This document shows, in pieces, positions 1 to 9,132 of a stretch of DNA of 64,000 nucleotides. Positions within the stretch are counted from its first letter, which is position 1. The number at the start of each line of letters is the position of its first letter. This DNA comes from a virus (Duplodnaviria > Heunggongvirae > Uroviricota > Caudoviricetes): IMG/VR virus record IMGVR_UViG_3300028610_001217; one strand, 5' to 3'. A model generated the notes under the pieces. It had not been told where the DNA came from and made no database searches. It worked only from the letters and a program-made list of their open reading frames with translations. The translations under genes were made by a program, and so were the position numbers.

Positions 1-271
1 CCGCCTTTTGTTGCGGTTGAAACTCTTCAGGCAAGTTTTCCGGCGTTGGCTCAGGCCCCGAATCAACAACAACCGTTCCAACATTAACAACCGATGCGGG
101 AGCTTTCTTGTTGCCCTCAACTTCAATCACCATATCCAACCTTGTTAATCTATCTAGGAGACGGTCTAGCTTCGGCCCCGGCTTAAGCCCCAACTCTGCG
201 ACCTCAAACGTATCCCCAGCATGCATAGTTCTATCTTTAGTTTTAATGCGCTTACGCTTAACTCTATACAT
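1..271 (-). CDS. hypothetical protein, partial (3' end beyond window start)
   Basis: ATG at 269-271 overlaps the TAA stop of the upstream gene (TAATG). The minus-strand frame stays open to nt 1 (MYRVKRKRIKTKDRTMHAGDTFEV...). Not in the ORF track because it is truncated by the window edge. Confidence 0.4.
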   Translation of the reverse strand, partial: MYRVKRKRIKTKDRTMHAGDTFEVAELGLKPGPKLDRLLDRLTRLDMVIEVEGNKKAPASVVNVGTVVVDSGPEPTPENLPEEFQPQQKA

Positions 272-1281
272 TATTCTTTCCCCTCAATTTCTGCTTTTCT
301 AGCCGCTTCTTGCTTCTCCCTTAGAGCTTCCGCTTCAATCTTATCTTTTACTTCTTGTTTGACTTCTTCTCTAAATAAGTCGCTAGTTCCTCCCGGTGCA
401 CCTAAGCCAATACAATATTTAACATTTTCCTTAGCGCCCATAAGTTGATTTTGTTGAGCTGATAGATTAGCTATTTGTTGCTGGAATTGGGCTATTTGTT
501 GTTGCCCTGCATTTATGCGTTGTTGCAACTCGCCCTCTCGAGCATACATCTTCTTCATGTAAGCTGAATCATCGTCGTACCCGTAAAGCATCCATGATCG
601 ACAAAGATCAGATTCATGTGGCAAATGAACCTTAATTCCCCTACCCCTGGCCCAGCCGATATACATTTCGCAACTTGGTCGTTGGTGTTGATATTCTTGG
701 TCTTGAGCCATATTGACACCGTAAATATGAATTTCCTCATATTGCAAATAAATAGCTAGAACTATCATCCAGCTAATAGTGTTTGTGAAGTAAACCCGAT
801 CACGTTCGTGTAAAATCAATGGATTCATGCCTTCACCGTAAGTATCAAAGTGCTTCATAATTTGTTCCCTGGGATACTTAACCGAATTAGGAATCTCAGG
901 GTGTACGTTCCACATCCAAATTGGGCACTTTAATTTCGATAAACTTAATTTCTGTTGCGGATCTCGAATTGTAGACGGCTCTGAACCGTGAAGTTGAAAC
1001 CAGCCAGTAGCATATTCCCGCAATATTGGCATTTCCAGGTAAAGCTCATTCAATGGCCATACATCAAAAGTTGGGTCATCAACTGGTGCCATATTTCTAG
1101 TATCTGGTGCAAAGCCTAAGATAATAACCTTTTTCCGTTGTTTAATAACAATTGATTGAGTCTCGTTAATCGGTAGAGCAACCACAGCGCCCGAAGGAGG
1201 CTCTTCTACTGGGGTAGAAGTAGCCCCCTCGGGTTGTGTTTGTACTAATCTTTCTTTTGTCACTACATTTTCCATAATCAT
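271..1281 (-). CDS. hypothetical protein with C-terminal Gln-rich coiled coil
   Basis: 336-aa ORF. C-terminus is QQQIAQFQQQIANLSAQQNQL followed by a charged helix. Lies downstream of the head genes; no motif recognised. Confidence 0.5.
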   Translation of the reverse strand: MIMENVVTKERLVQTQPEGATSTPVEEPPSGAVVALPINETQSIVIKQRKKVIILGFAPDTRNMAPVDDPTFDVWPLNELYLEMPILREYATGWFQLHGSEPSTIRDPQQKLSLSKLKCPIWMWNVHPEIPNSVKYPREQIMKHFDTYGEGMNPLILHERDRVYFTNTISWMIVLAIYLQYEEIHIYGVNMAQDQEYQHQRPSCEMYIGWARGRGIKVHLPHESDLCRSWMLYGYDDDSAYMKKMYAREGELQQRINAGQQQIAQFQQQIANLSAQQNQLMGAKENVKYCIGLGAPGGTSDLFREEVKQEVKDKIEAEALREKQEAARKAEIEGKE

Positions 1282-1282
1282 C

Positions 1283-1301
1283 GGCTTGCCCCCGCAAGCC
1301 T
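1283..1301 (-). promoter_or_regulatory. GC hairpin (GGCTTGCCCCCGCAAGCC) between stop of upstream gene and start of ORF 271..1281
   Basis: Perfect 7-bp stem with 4-nt loop. Sits directly between an AGGGGGAAAGG purine tract and the ATG. No T-tract, so more likely translational/attenuator control than a terminator. Confidence 0.25.
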
Positions 1302-1322
1302 TTCCCCCTTTAGGAATCGAAT

Positions 1323-1844
1323 TTACCCTGTTGATGTTGAAGTTGTTACAAATACGCCTGAACTTGGCTCGCCGCCAATCAATCCAAATTGGCTTGTCGA
1401 AAGACCAATCAGAACTGCATACGCTCCGTTGCCGTTTGCTGCTGTGCCTGGTGTCCCAATCGTGACGCTTCGACCGTTAATAATTCCGGTTGAAACGATA
1501 GTGACTGCGCCAAACTCAGTAGACGTAATGCACTTGTTGATTGACGATGACCCTGACATCAACTGATTGAAAAGAGTCACTGTCTGTCCTGCTACTGGAG
1601 CACCTGTAAACAGGTGAAGATTTGTCCCTTTACCTGTCGAGTTAAAATTAACTAACCCGGTCTGCGGAATACTCTCGCTAGAGCCAGCGGTTACCACCGG
1701 AACGACTAACCCCGTTGTAAGGGTCACCACATCCGACGCTGTAAAACCGCTAGTCGCCGTCAGTGTCCCGTCAACCGTAACATTACCAGCAAAACTAGAA
1801 TTCCCAGTAAAGTAACTGTCCCTGAAGAATTTTTGTGTTCCCAT
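1323..1844 (-). CDS. Gly/Thr/Ser-rich structural protein (head completion or fibre-like)
   Basis: 173 aa dominated by G/T/S/V/N (TGLVVPVVTAGSS..., TSTSTG). Immediately follows the putative major capsid gene. Confidence 0.35.
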   Translation of the reverse strand: MGTQKFFRDSYFTGNSSFAGNVTVDGTLTATSGFTASDVVTLTTGLVVPVVTAGSSESIPQTGLVNFNSTGKGTNLHLFTGAPVAGQTVTLFNQLMSGSSSINKCITSTEFGAVTIVSTGIINGRSVTIGTPGTAANGNGAYAVLIGLSTSQFGLIGGEPSSGVFVTTSTSTG

Positions 1845-1857
1845 GTTACAACCCCCC

Positions 1858-2817
1858 TTAACTAACTACAGCTGAGAAGAATACACCCAGGTCAGCGGCC
1901 ACTAGCTTTTGGTCAAATGCAGCTTCAAGCTCGATGCGGTCACTCTTAAGGTGTTCCTGGCGGAACCGAGTAACAGCTTGACCAGTAGCATTTGCGCCTA
2001 AACCACTCCAAGTAAATGTGTAGCCTGCACTCGGACGCATGACACCCGGTGACGGTGCACTATAGCAAAGGAACGCACTCTTGCCATAGATGAAGTCCAT
2101 GACATCGGTAGCATTCTCATTTGCAGTGTTCCGCGTTGCCAGAGGAACGAAAACCCGGCTAACATCAAACAATGCCGCCAAAATATCCTCGGTAACAATT
2201 CCTCTTTGTGTGTACTTAATCCGATCAAGGATATCGGCATGTTCCCGAAGTTCCTTGTAGACTTCTGGCCCCAACACTAACGTGTTAGGCATAAAGCCTG
2301 TCTTCTCGGCGATTGATTGCCGTTGTTCTTGAATATCGTCGATAGGCGTGCTAGCAACGGTATCCCAGAGATCACCCGGCGTAATGTCCGTGCCGGTTGT
2401 ACTTCCTGTCCACAAACTTGTTGTGAAGAAAGCAGTTGTCCACTCTGTTTCTTTTTTAATCATCATATCTTGAGTGATGAACTCAGTAGAATCCCTATCT
2501 AGTTCAATCGGCGAATCTGCATTCGCACGAGTTTGGTCATCTACATCTTTGTGGATAGCAAACACGTCACAGAAATAGCTATCTGTTGTGATTGCCCATC
2601 CCGACCCAGCGGATTCCGAGCCTGGTGCTCGGCGTTGGGTATCAGAACGATACCAATCACCAATGTCATAGACAAAGTATTGATCGCTCTGCTTGCTTAC
2701 AGAAACACGTGGAAAAACTTTTTCCGCGATGAACTGTGAAGCGTCTTGCCGATAAGCAATGCTGATATTCGTCAGCGGCCTATCGACATGCACTTGCCCG
2801 CGATGCGGTTGTGGCAT
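1858..2817 (-). CDS. putative major capsid protein
   Basis: 319 aa. Gene order portal, MuF, protease, scaffold, small decoration-like protein, this ORF mirrors SPP1 (gp6, gp7, gp11, gp12, gp13). Size matches HK97-fold major capsid proteins. Confidence 0.55.
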   Translation of the reverse strand: MPQPHRGQVHVDRPLTNISIAYRQDASQFIAEKVFPRVSVSKQSDQYFVYDIGDWYRSDTQRRAPGSESAGSGWAITTDSYFCDVFAIHKDVDDQTRANADSPIELDRDSTEFITQDMMIKKETEWTTAFFTTSLWTGSTTGTDITPGDLWDTVASTPIDDIQEQRQSIAEKTGFMPNTLVLGPEVYKELREHADILDRIKYTQRGIVTEDILAALFDVSRVFVPLATRNTANENATDVMDFIYGKSAFLCYSAPSPGVMRPSAGYTFTWSGLGANATGQAVTRFRQEHLKSDRIELEAAFDQKLVAADLGVFFSAVVS

Positions 2818-2972
2818 TTAATTCACTCCTTTGTTAATTTTCAATCCACTTCTTCCCCCGAAGCGGAACCCATTACTGTTCGAAAAAATTAATCGTTCCA
2901 CCCCGGCATGGGGGATACCGTTCAAAGCTACTCCTAGGAGGTCGCCTTTAGGTGGAACAAAATTAGTCATTC

Positions 2973-3371
2973 TTACGTGCTCCGATCAACAGGTCGTAGC
3001 AACACTGTTGCATATTCACCTGATGAAGCGCTTTCAAGCACTGGCCCCCAACTTGTTGTCAAGGCTCCAGCTGCGGTACTAGAGGCAATTGCCCCGCTAG
3101 TGCTAAAGATGAAGTTTGCCCCGGCACTAACTGCCGTAAGAGCAAACGCCTTACTAACACCCATCACCATAATTTCAGCAGCCTCATTAGCAACTTGAGG
3201 AGCATTTTGCAGAATACCAATAGGTGAACCACTTGAAGAAGCGTTACCTACAGCAACCTTAATAAAACCTTCCGAACTAGAAGCATTCACTCCGTAATAT
3301 TGCCGATTGCCAAAAGCAGTAGTCGGCGCACGCAACGTTCCAAGAGTAAATCCTTTAATTTCGTAAGACAT
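2973..3371 (-). CDS. putative head decoration / DUF2190-like protein
   Basis: 132 aa, Ala/Gly/Ser-rich. Sits between scaffold and capsid genes, the usual position of a small decoration or cement protein. Confidence 0.35.
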   Translation of the reverse strand: MSYEIKGFTLGTLRAPTTAFGNRQYYGVNASSSEGFIKVAVGNASSSGSPIGILQNAPQVANEAAEIMVMGVSKAFALTAVSAGANFIFSTSGAIASSTAAGALTTSWGPVLESASSGEYATVLLRPVDRST

Positions 3372-4412
<1,041 letters not shown>

Positions 4413-4413
4413 C

Positions 4414-4902
4414 CTAGCTCACCTCCTCTCGGACTGCTTTTCCCCCGATACTGAAGGCTGAATATTCCCCACTTTTCACTTTAGCCCAGGTGTCTGAGTC
4501 ATCGATTTTGAAACCGATCCACCACGCAACTGGCAAGGTTCCTTCAGGAATGCCTAGAGCTTCTTGTTTTTCAACCGTAAAAACCATTGATTCTACTAAG
4601 CGGCCTATCCCATCTATGCGCTTATGCATAGCCCCAGCTCTGCGAGCATCTAGAGTAAAGTCATATGCTGCCTTTTCTAAAACTTCTTCTTCAATAATGT
4701 CGCCCTGGCTATCGATAATAACCTCACCAGCCTTATCAACCGCTACCGATAGCCAACCGAATACCAATTGCCTATCTTCATCTGTTTTAGCAATATCAAA
4801 TTGTGTTGACCAAGTATCTGATTTATCCATTTCCCTCGATTCATTAGTATTTGACTTGTGCTTCCTTATTGTCTTCACTATGCTTTTCAATTTATTGAAC
4901 AC
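4414..4902 (-). CDS. putative prohead protease, XkdF-like (Peptidase S78-like)
   Basis: 162 aa. QLVFGWLSVAVDKAGEVIIDSQGDIIEEEVLEKAAYDF resembles the XkdF-type phage protease signature. Located between the MuF and scaffold genes. Confidence 0.45.
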   Translation of the reverse strand: MFNKLKSIVKTIRKHKSNTNESREMDKSDTWSTQFDIAKTDEDRQLVFGWLSVAVDKAGEVIIDSQGDIIEEEVLEKAAYDFTLDARRAGAMHKRIDGIGRLVESMVFTVEKQEALGIPEGTLPVAWWIGFKIDDSDTWAKVKSGEYSAFSIGGKAVREEVS

Positions 4903-5092
4903 TTAAATTAAGTCCTTCGATATTAAGGTTAGTTCAAACCCTTTAATTGCTGGTATTGGAACATTGTTCGCTTCGTCTTCTTTAATTCGTTTGATAATTT
5001 GTTTGGCTTGCAAGAATTGTTTAGCCCTATCTTCATCTGTTGTTGCTAACCATTCTTTAGGAATATCACGTATTCGCACTTATAAACTCCTA

Positions 5093-5147
5093 TAAATAGA
5101 AAAAGACCCACCGAATTGTCTTTAGTCAACAATTCGCTGGGTCTCTA
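5093..5147 (-). terminator. rho-independent terminator
   Basis: 14-bp imperfect inverted repeat GACCCACCGAATTG / CAATTCGCTGGGTC (5107-5147). On the minus strand it is followed by the T-rich run TCTTTTTCTATTTATAG (5093-5106). Confidence 0.5.
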
Positions 5148-5207
5148 ATGGTCCTCTGGAATTCATTATAGTCCGATTATTTTAATAAGCAAATATTTTA
5201 TCTATCT

Positions 5208-5381
5208 ATTTGTAAGCAGAAGTTCAACTCCTTTAGGCGCACATGTAATAACATAAATATTAATCGCACCACATCTACTACACTTAATGCTTACACGTCC
5301 ATCTGTATACCCCAACAACTTATCACAATCATAGCACCTTATTGCTTCCATTCCGACCGTTGATGGCTTCACTGTTGTCAT
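5208..5381 (-). CDS. Mu Com-like zinc-ribbon small protein (57 aa)
   Basis: Translated by hand: MTTVKPSTVGMEAIRCYDCDKLLGYTDGRVSIKCSRCGAINIYVITCAPKGVELLLTNR. The CxxC...CxxC layout and IRC..C.KLL / I.C.RCG motifs resemble the Mu Com translational activator. The start overlaps the stop of the upstream ORF (ATGA). Below the ORF-track size cutoff. Confidence 0.4.
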
Positions 5382-5683
5382 TCAGGCTCCCATCCTTGTA
5401 GTTGTACCCATAGTGTTTCGAGAGCGTTTTCTAAACTACCTTTAGCGATATTAGCCATTGACATGAATGCTACATTTTGAAACCCTTGCTGTAGCCATTC
5501 AAGCTTTCTTAATGGACCGCCCTTTTTATATCGCTCGGTTTCCATAATGAAATCTATAACCGGGTCTTCGCTGAAGGTCTTACCATCTAAGGATATAAAT
5601 CCATTGCCTTCGTCGTCTGTAAGTAGTAGCGCCTTACCTGCTCCCTCACTAGGAAAGAACTTCATGAATGAGAAATACATCAT
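5378..5683 (-). CDS. hypothetical protein
   Basis: 101-aa ORF, 4-nt overlap with the MuF gene stop. Confidence 0.4.
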   Translation of the reverse strand: MMYFSFMKFFPSEGAGKALLLTDDEGNGFISLDGKTFSEDPVIDFIMETERYKKGGPLRKLEWLQQGFQNVAFMSMANIAKGSLENALETLWVQLQGWEPE

Positions 5684-8600
5684 GTTAATATCTCCAATAA
5701 CGTTTTAGCCCGAAAAACGAAATGTCCTGCATCAAACAAATCTCCGCCAACACCAAATGCATCAATAAGTAATTCCTCAGGAATATCGGAAACCCAATCA
5801 TCAGACAATTCTTGCGTTACATTATTTAATAAAACAATTATTTCGGATCGCATTTCCAATAAATCTGGAGTTAAGCGCGACCTAAGGCTAGGAGAGGAAA
5901 ATATTGCAGGAACATTGACCGCAATATCTTCACCAAAAGTAGCTAGGCCATGATCGATAGCCAATATATTTTCTATCTCATTAATATTTCCCTTTGAACC
6001 GACAATCATATAATTTCCTAAATGACGATCTTCGTTTCCTATGAAAACATCAAAAAGCTTCATTCTCTGCCAGCCTACATTTTTTGATATTTCGCTTGTG
6101 AATTTTATCCCTTCTGGCACATTTTTCTCAAACATTCTTGCTGTTCTGGCTCCAGGGAACTTTTCTTTCAATGATTTTGTTGCCACCCACCAATCTCCTC
6201 TATGCTTGAAGGAAACTACTGCTGGCACATTCACGCCAAAATATTTACCTATCTTTGATGATACAATTTCGCTGATTACTTCAGTATCTCCCGGTCTTTT
6301 TAGAAACCACTCTTCGTCGTTGAACTCAGCCACACGAGAAACATTTGATCCTGACCTTAAGTTTTCTCGCACGTTTTTAAAATCGCTAAACTTCTTAGGT
6401 AATGTGGCAATAGGGGTTGGCTTATCCACCCCTGCAATAACTCCCGTTGGTGAGATATCTAATACCATGGCGCAACGGCAATTATGAACAACAAACCCTT
6501 TAGCTATATAAGATTCATCTTCTTCTACGGAAAAATTGAATAATTTAATTTTTCGTGTAGGTTGATATTTCTCAACCTTAGTTATTTCAACTTCTACAAA
6601 AGAATATTCTTCATTATGATTCATGAGGATTCTTTTTGCTTCATCTTTAACTAAACTTTCATCCTTCATTTCATCTTCTGAAAACCTTAAAACAGTCCAT
6701 CCTTCTTTTTCTATTTTTACTTGTCTGACCGAATCTTTTTCCTTATCTTGATGCCAATAATTACCATCTACTTCGATAGCAACTTTATATTTCGGCAATC
6801 CAAAATCGACAAAATAATTTAGTATAGGTTGCTGGGGTACATATTCCAAGCCTAATTCATCCAATATTATCTTCATTCTTTTTTCAAGGGAACTCATAAA
6901 CCCTTTTTGAGCCATAATGGAATTAGGGTGCTTTTCTGGGTGCGCAAGCATAGTTTTCTTGTAAGATTCGGTCATACGTTTACGAACTTCTGGGATCAAA
7001 CTAGGGTTATTTTTCTTCATACGTTCAGAACTTGCTTTTCTGTGTTGAGGTAAATTTGTTACAAGCTTATTTTTCTCAATTACCCAATCTTGTTGAAAAG
7101 GGTGTTTTCCTTCGGCAGCCATTTCCCTAGTAGCTTCATGAGCTTTCTTGGTAATGGCAGCGCCGTCCCTTGTTCCGTTGCTGTATTCTCTGCGTAATTG
7201 AGCTGAAGTTTTTGCTGATATTAACCGCCTATGTTCTTCCGACTTCCACTGCCTATCAGTTATATCAAGGCTGCAACACCTATCAGAACAATACTTATTA
7301 TCCATCGGGATATCTTTACCACAACGAACACACTTAGCCGCCATATACTTAATCTTTTGGCCTGGTTTCGCATCCTTAGCCTCAACCCACTCCCCGTCGA
7401 TTAAAATTGGGTGATTATCAGTCAAGGTCAAAGTCGCGCAACCATACAATTTAATCTTTACAATAGTTGGGGTTTGCTTAGGCGTTTGAATAAGCTTAGT
7501 TACCTTGCGAAACCTACCTTTATGCGTAAGAACTAAATCATCAACTTTAATTTGCCCTACTTGCTTCCAGCCCTTTGACGTAAAAATAGGCGTCTTATAA
7601 CTAACTAAGCATTGTGGGTGTAGCGGTGGCGTCAGTGTTGGGTTAAACGCTCTAGTTCCACCTCTTTGAAGTTCCACTGTTCCAGACTCAAATAAACCCC
7701 TTAGTGGAACAATTTGCCCATCCATAGGTCTGCAAAAGTCGCAAAGACGATCGTCTGGGGTGACCACCCATCGTCTAACGGCTACGCTTTCATCTATTAA
7801 GCCCCTATCAGCTGCTTGCTCCCAGATAGCTTGTTGCCCCATATTTGAGGAGCGTATGGTTTCGGTTCTAGCAATCATCTCAGATCGTAGTTTCAAGTGC
7901 TTTTTACGGAATTTTTCTGTCATCCGGTCGATGCGTTCTTGCGTTAGCGGTACTGTCTTGAACGGGCTTTTTCCCCTAGCCATTTGATCTTCGAGGTCAC
8001 GCTTGAAATTTATTACGGCATTAGCTTGTCTGTCCGTAAGGCCAACTATTTGTCGTATTTCCCTAGCTGCGGCTTTCGGAACAATACCTTCATTTATAGA
8101 TCTTGCTATAATGCTCCGCACGCCTAACTTCGTTTGCTCAGTAACAGCAGTAACCATTATGGCCGCATTCTCAGCAGCCCACCTCTCAGCTTGCTCAAAA
8201 GATATGCCCAACCCAGCAGCAACATCTACGCCGAGGAGTGCATCGGCTTTTTCAATTTCGATAGGAGGCAGTAAGTCAATTAGGGCCAGCATGAACAAGG
8301 TTGTGTTATCAGCCTTCCGGAATCGGGAACCACGCCAAACACCATCATTACCTTCACGACTCGAAGATTTTATCCATTCAGGCTTAATATCTTGCCCTAT
8401 AAGCTTCAAGCCTGCGGCAAGATTCTCATCTTGTTTTAACTTAGCTCCTATGCTTTGAGGTAATTCAACTCTTAAAATAATAGGGATACTTGATCTTCCG
8501 GTACGCTCCTCATATGCTTCTGTAGCAAAATTAGCCATTCCTTTAGCTGCCTTGAAGTCCTTGGTTACAAAAACCGCTTGACCATTTTCACCCTCATACC

Positions 8601-9132
8601 AATCAACACCCAATTCCTTCCAAGCTTCCGTATCTCCTGTTCGTTGAGGTGGCTTAAACTTTATTCCTTTATTGTTGATTGAATTAAAATACTTACTCAC
8701 GGTTCCATGGAAAACAGTTATCGGGGCAGCTGCTCCCGGATGATACCTCCCATAATTAGGATCGTCACTTGATCCATGCTTCTCGATAGCCGGAGTAACA
8801 CCTTCAGCACCCCTAGATACGGCAAAGATATCCTCAACTGAAGCTTCTGCGCCATCCATTAAAGTTTCCACTAATACCTTCGCAACAGGCATAAGCTTTT
8901 TCTCCATACCCGCGAAGTTAATCGCTATCTCGGCCCCGATAGGATCTTGAACTTTTAAGGCTCCCTCAAGGAACCCCATCCTAACGTCTTTTTCAAATAA
9001 GCCTAAAGCCTGTTCCGTCGCTTCCTGAACAGCAGGAAGGTATTCGTCAGCAATATCATTAAACTTCTGCCAAGCCGGTTCGACTTTTTCTATAAAATCA
9101 TCAAATGCTTTTAAAAGGGCAAGTTTATTCAT
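5680..9132 (-). CDS. MuF-like head morphogenesis protein with intein and C-terminal PI3/4-kinase/HipA-like kinase domain
   Basis: 1150 aa. Residues about 310-507 plus 885 onwards carry Mu gpF/SPP1 gp7 features (IARTETIRSSN ... TPPLHPQ | CRCAMV), split by an intein at residues 508-884. The C-terminal 260 aa contain FDVFIGNEDRHLGNYMIV and ILAIDHGLATF (DRH catalytic-loop and DFG-like motifs). Confidence 0.8.
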   Translation of the reverse strand: MNKLALLKAFDDFIEKVEPAWQKFNDIADEYLPAVQEATEQALGLFEKDVRMGFLEGALKVQDPIGAEIAINFAGMEKKLMPVAKVLVETLMDGAEASVEDIFAVSRGAEGVTPAIEKHGSSDDPNYGRYHPGAAAPITVFHGTVSKYFNSINNKGIKFKPPQRTGDTEAWKELGVDWYEGENGQAVFVTKDFKAAKGMANFATEAYEERTGRSSIPIILRVELPQSIGAKLKQDENLAAGLKLIGQDIKPEWIKSSSREGNDGVWRGSRFRKADNTTLFMLALIDLLPPIEIEKADALLGVDVAAGLGISFEQAERWAAENAAIMVTAVTEQTKLGVRSIIARSINEGIVPKAAAREIRQIVGLTDRQANAVINFKRDLEDQMARGKSPFKTVPLTQERIDRMTEKFRKKHLKLRSEMIARTETIRSSNMGQQAIWEQAADRGLIDESVAVRRWVVTPDDRLCDFCRPMDGQIVPLRGLFESGTVELQRGGTRAFNPTLTPPLHPQCLVSYKTPIFTSKGWKQVGQIKVDDLVLTHKGRFRKVTKLIQTPKQTPTIVKIKLYGCATLTLTDNHPILIDGEWVEAKDAKPGQKIKYMAAKCVRCGKDIPMDNKYCSDRCCSLDITDRQWKSEEHRRLISAKTSAQLRREYSNGTRDGAAITKKAHEATREMAAEGKHPFQQDWVIEKNKLVTNLPQHRKASSERMKKNNPSLIPEVRKRMTESYKKTMLAHPEKHPNSIMAQKGFMSSLEKRMKIILDELGLEYVPQQPILNYFVDFGLPKYKVAIEVDGNYWHQDKEKDSVRQVKIEKEGWTVLRFSEDEMKDESLVKDEAKRILMNHNEEYSFVEVEITKVEKYQPTRKIKLFNFSVEEDESYIAKGFVVHNCRCAMVLDISPTGVIAGVDKPTPIATLPKKFSDFKNVRENLRSGSNVSRVAEFNDEEWFLKRPGDTEVISEIVSSKIGKYFGVNVPAVVSFKHRGDWWVATKSLKEKFPGARTARMFEKNVPEGIKFTSEISKNVGWQRMKLFDVFIGNEDRHLGNYMIVGSKGNINEIENILAIDHGLATFGEDIAVNVPAIFSSPSLRSRLTPDLLEMRSEIIVLLNNVTQELSDDWVSDIPEELLIDAFGVGGDLFDAGHFVFRAKTLLEILT
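6481..7611 (-). mobile_element. intein (377 aa) with Vsr/DUF559-like endonuclease domain inside the MuF gene
   Basis: Starts with Cys (CLVSYKT, block A) and has LTLTDNHPIL (block B). Ends ...GFVVHN followed by extein +1 Cys (CRC). Internal region YFVDFGLPKYKVAIEVDGNYWHQDKEKD...GWTVLRFSEDEM matches the DUF559/Vsr-like PD-(D/E)xK endonuclease pattern. Also carries a CVRCGKD...CSDRCC zinc motif and NUMOD3-like basic repeats. Confidence 0.8.

Noticed and set aside
108-448. Plus-strand ORFs 108..302 and 221..448 at the window start
   Set aside because: They lie antisense to the partial minus-strand CDS 1..271 and to the ORF 271..1281 tail, are low-complexity, and have no ribosome-binding context.
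555-740. Nested same-strand ORFs (555..740, 1998..2240, 3485..3718, 10141..10542, 41771..42004, 45056..45259)
   Set aside because: Each is an alternative frame inside a longer, better-supported minus-strand CDS.
6041-8458. Plus-strand ORFs 6041..6487, 7760..7987 and 8003..8458
   Set aside because: Entirely inside the 1150-aa MuF/intein gene on the opposite strand. Ser/Leu-rich composition is typical of antisense frames.
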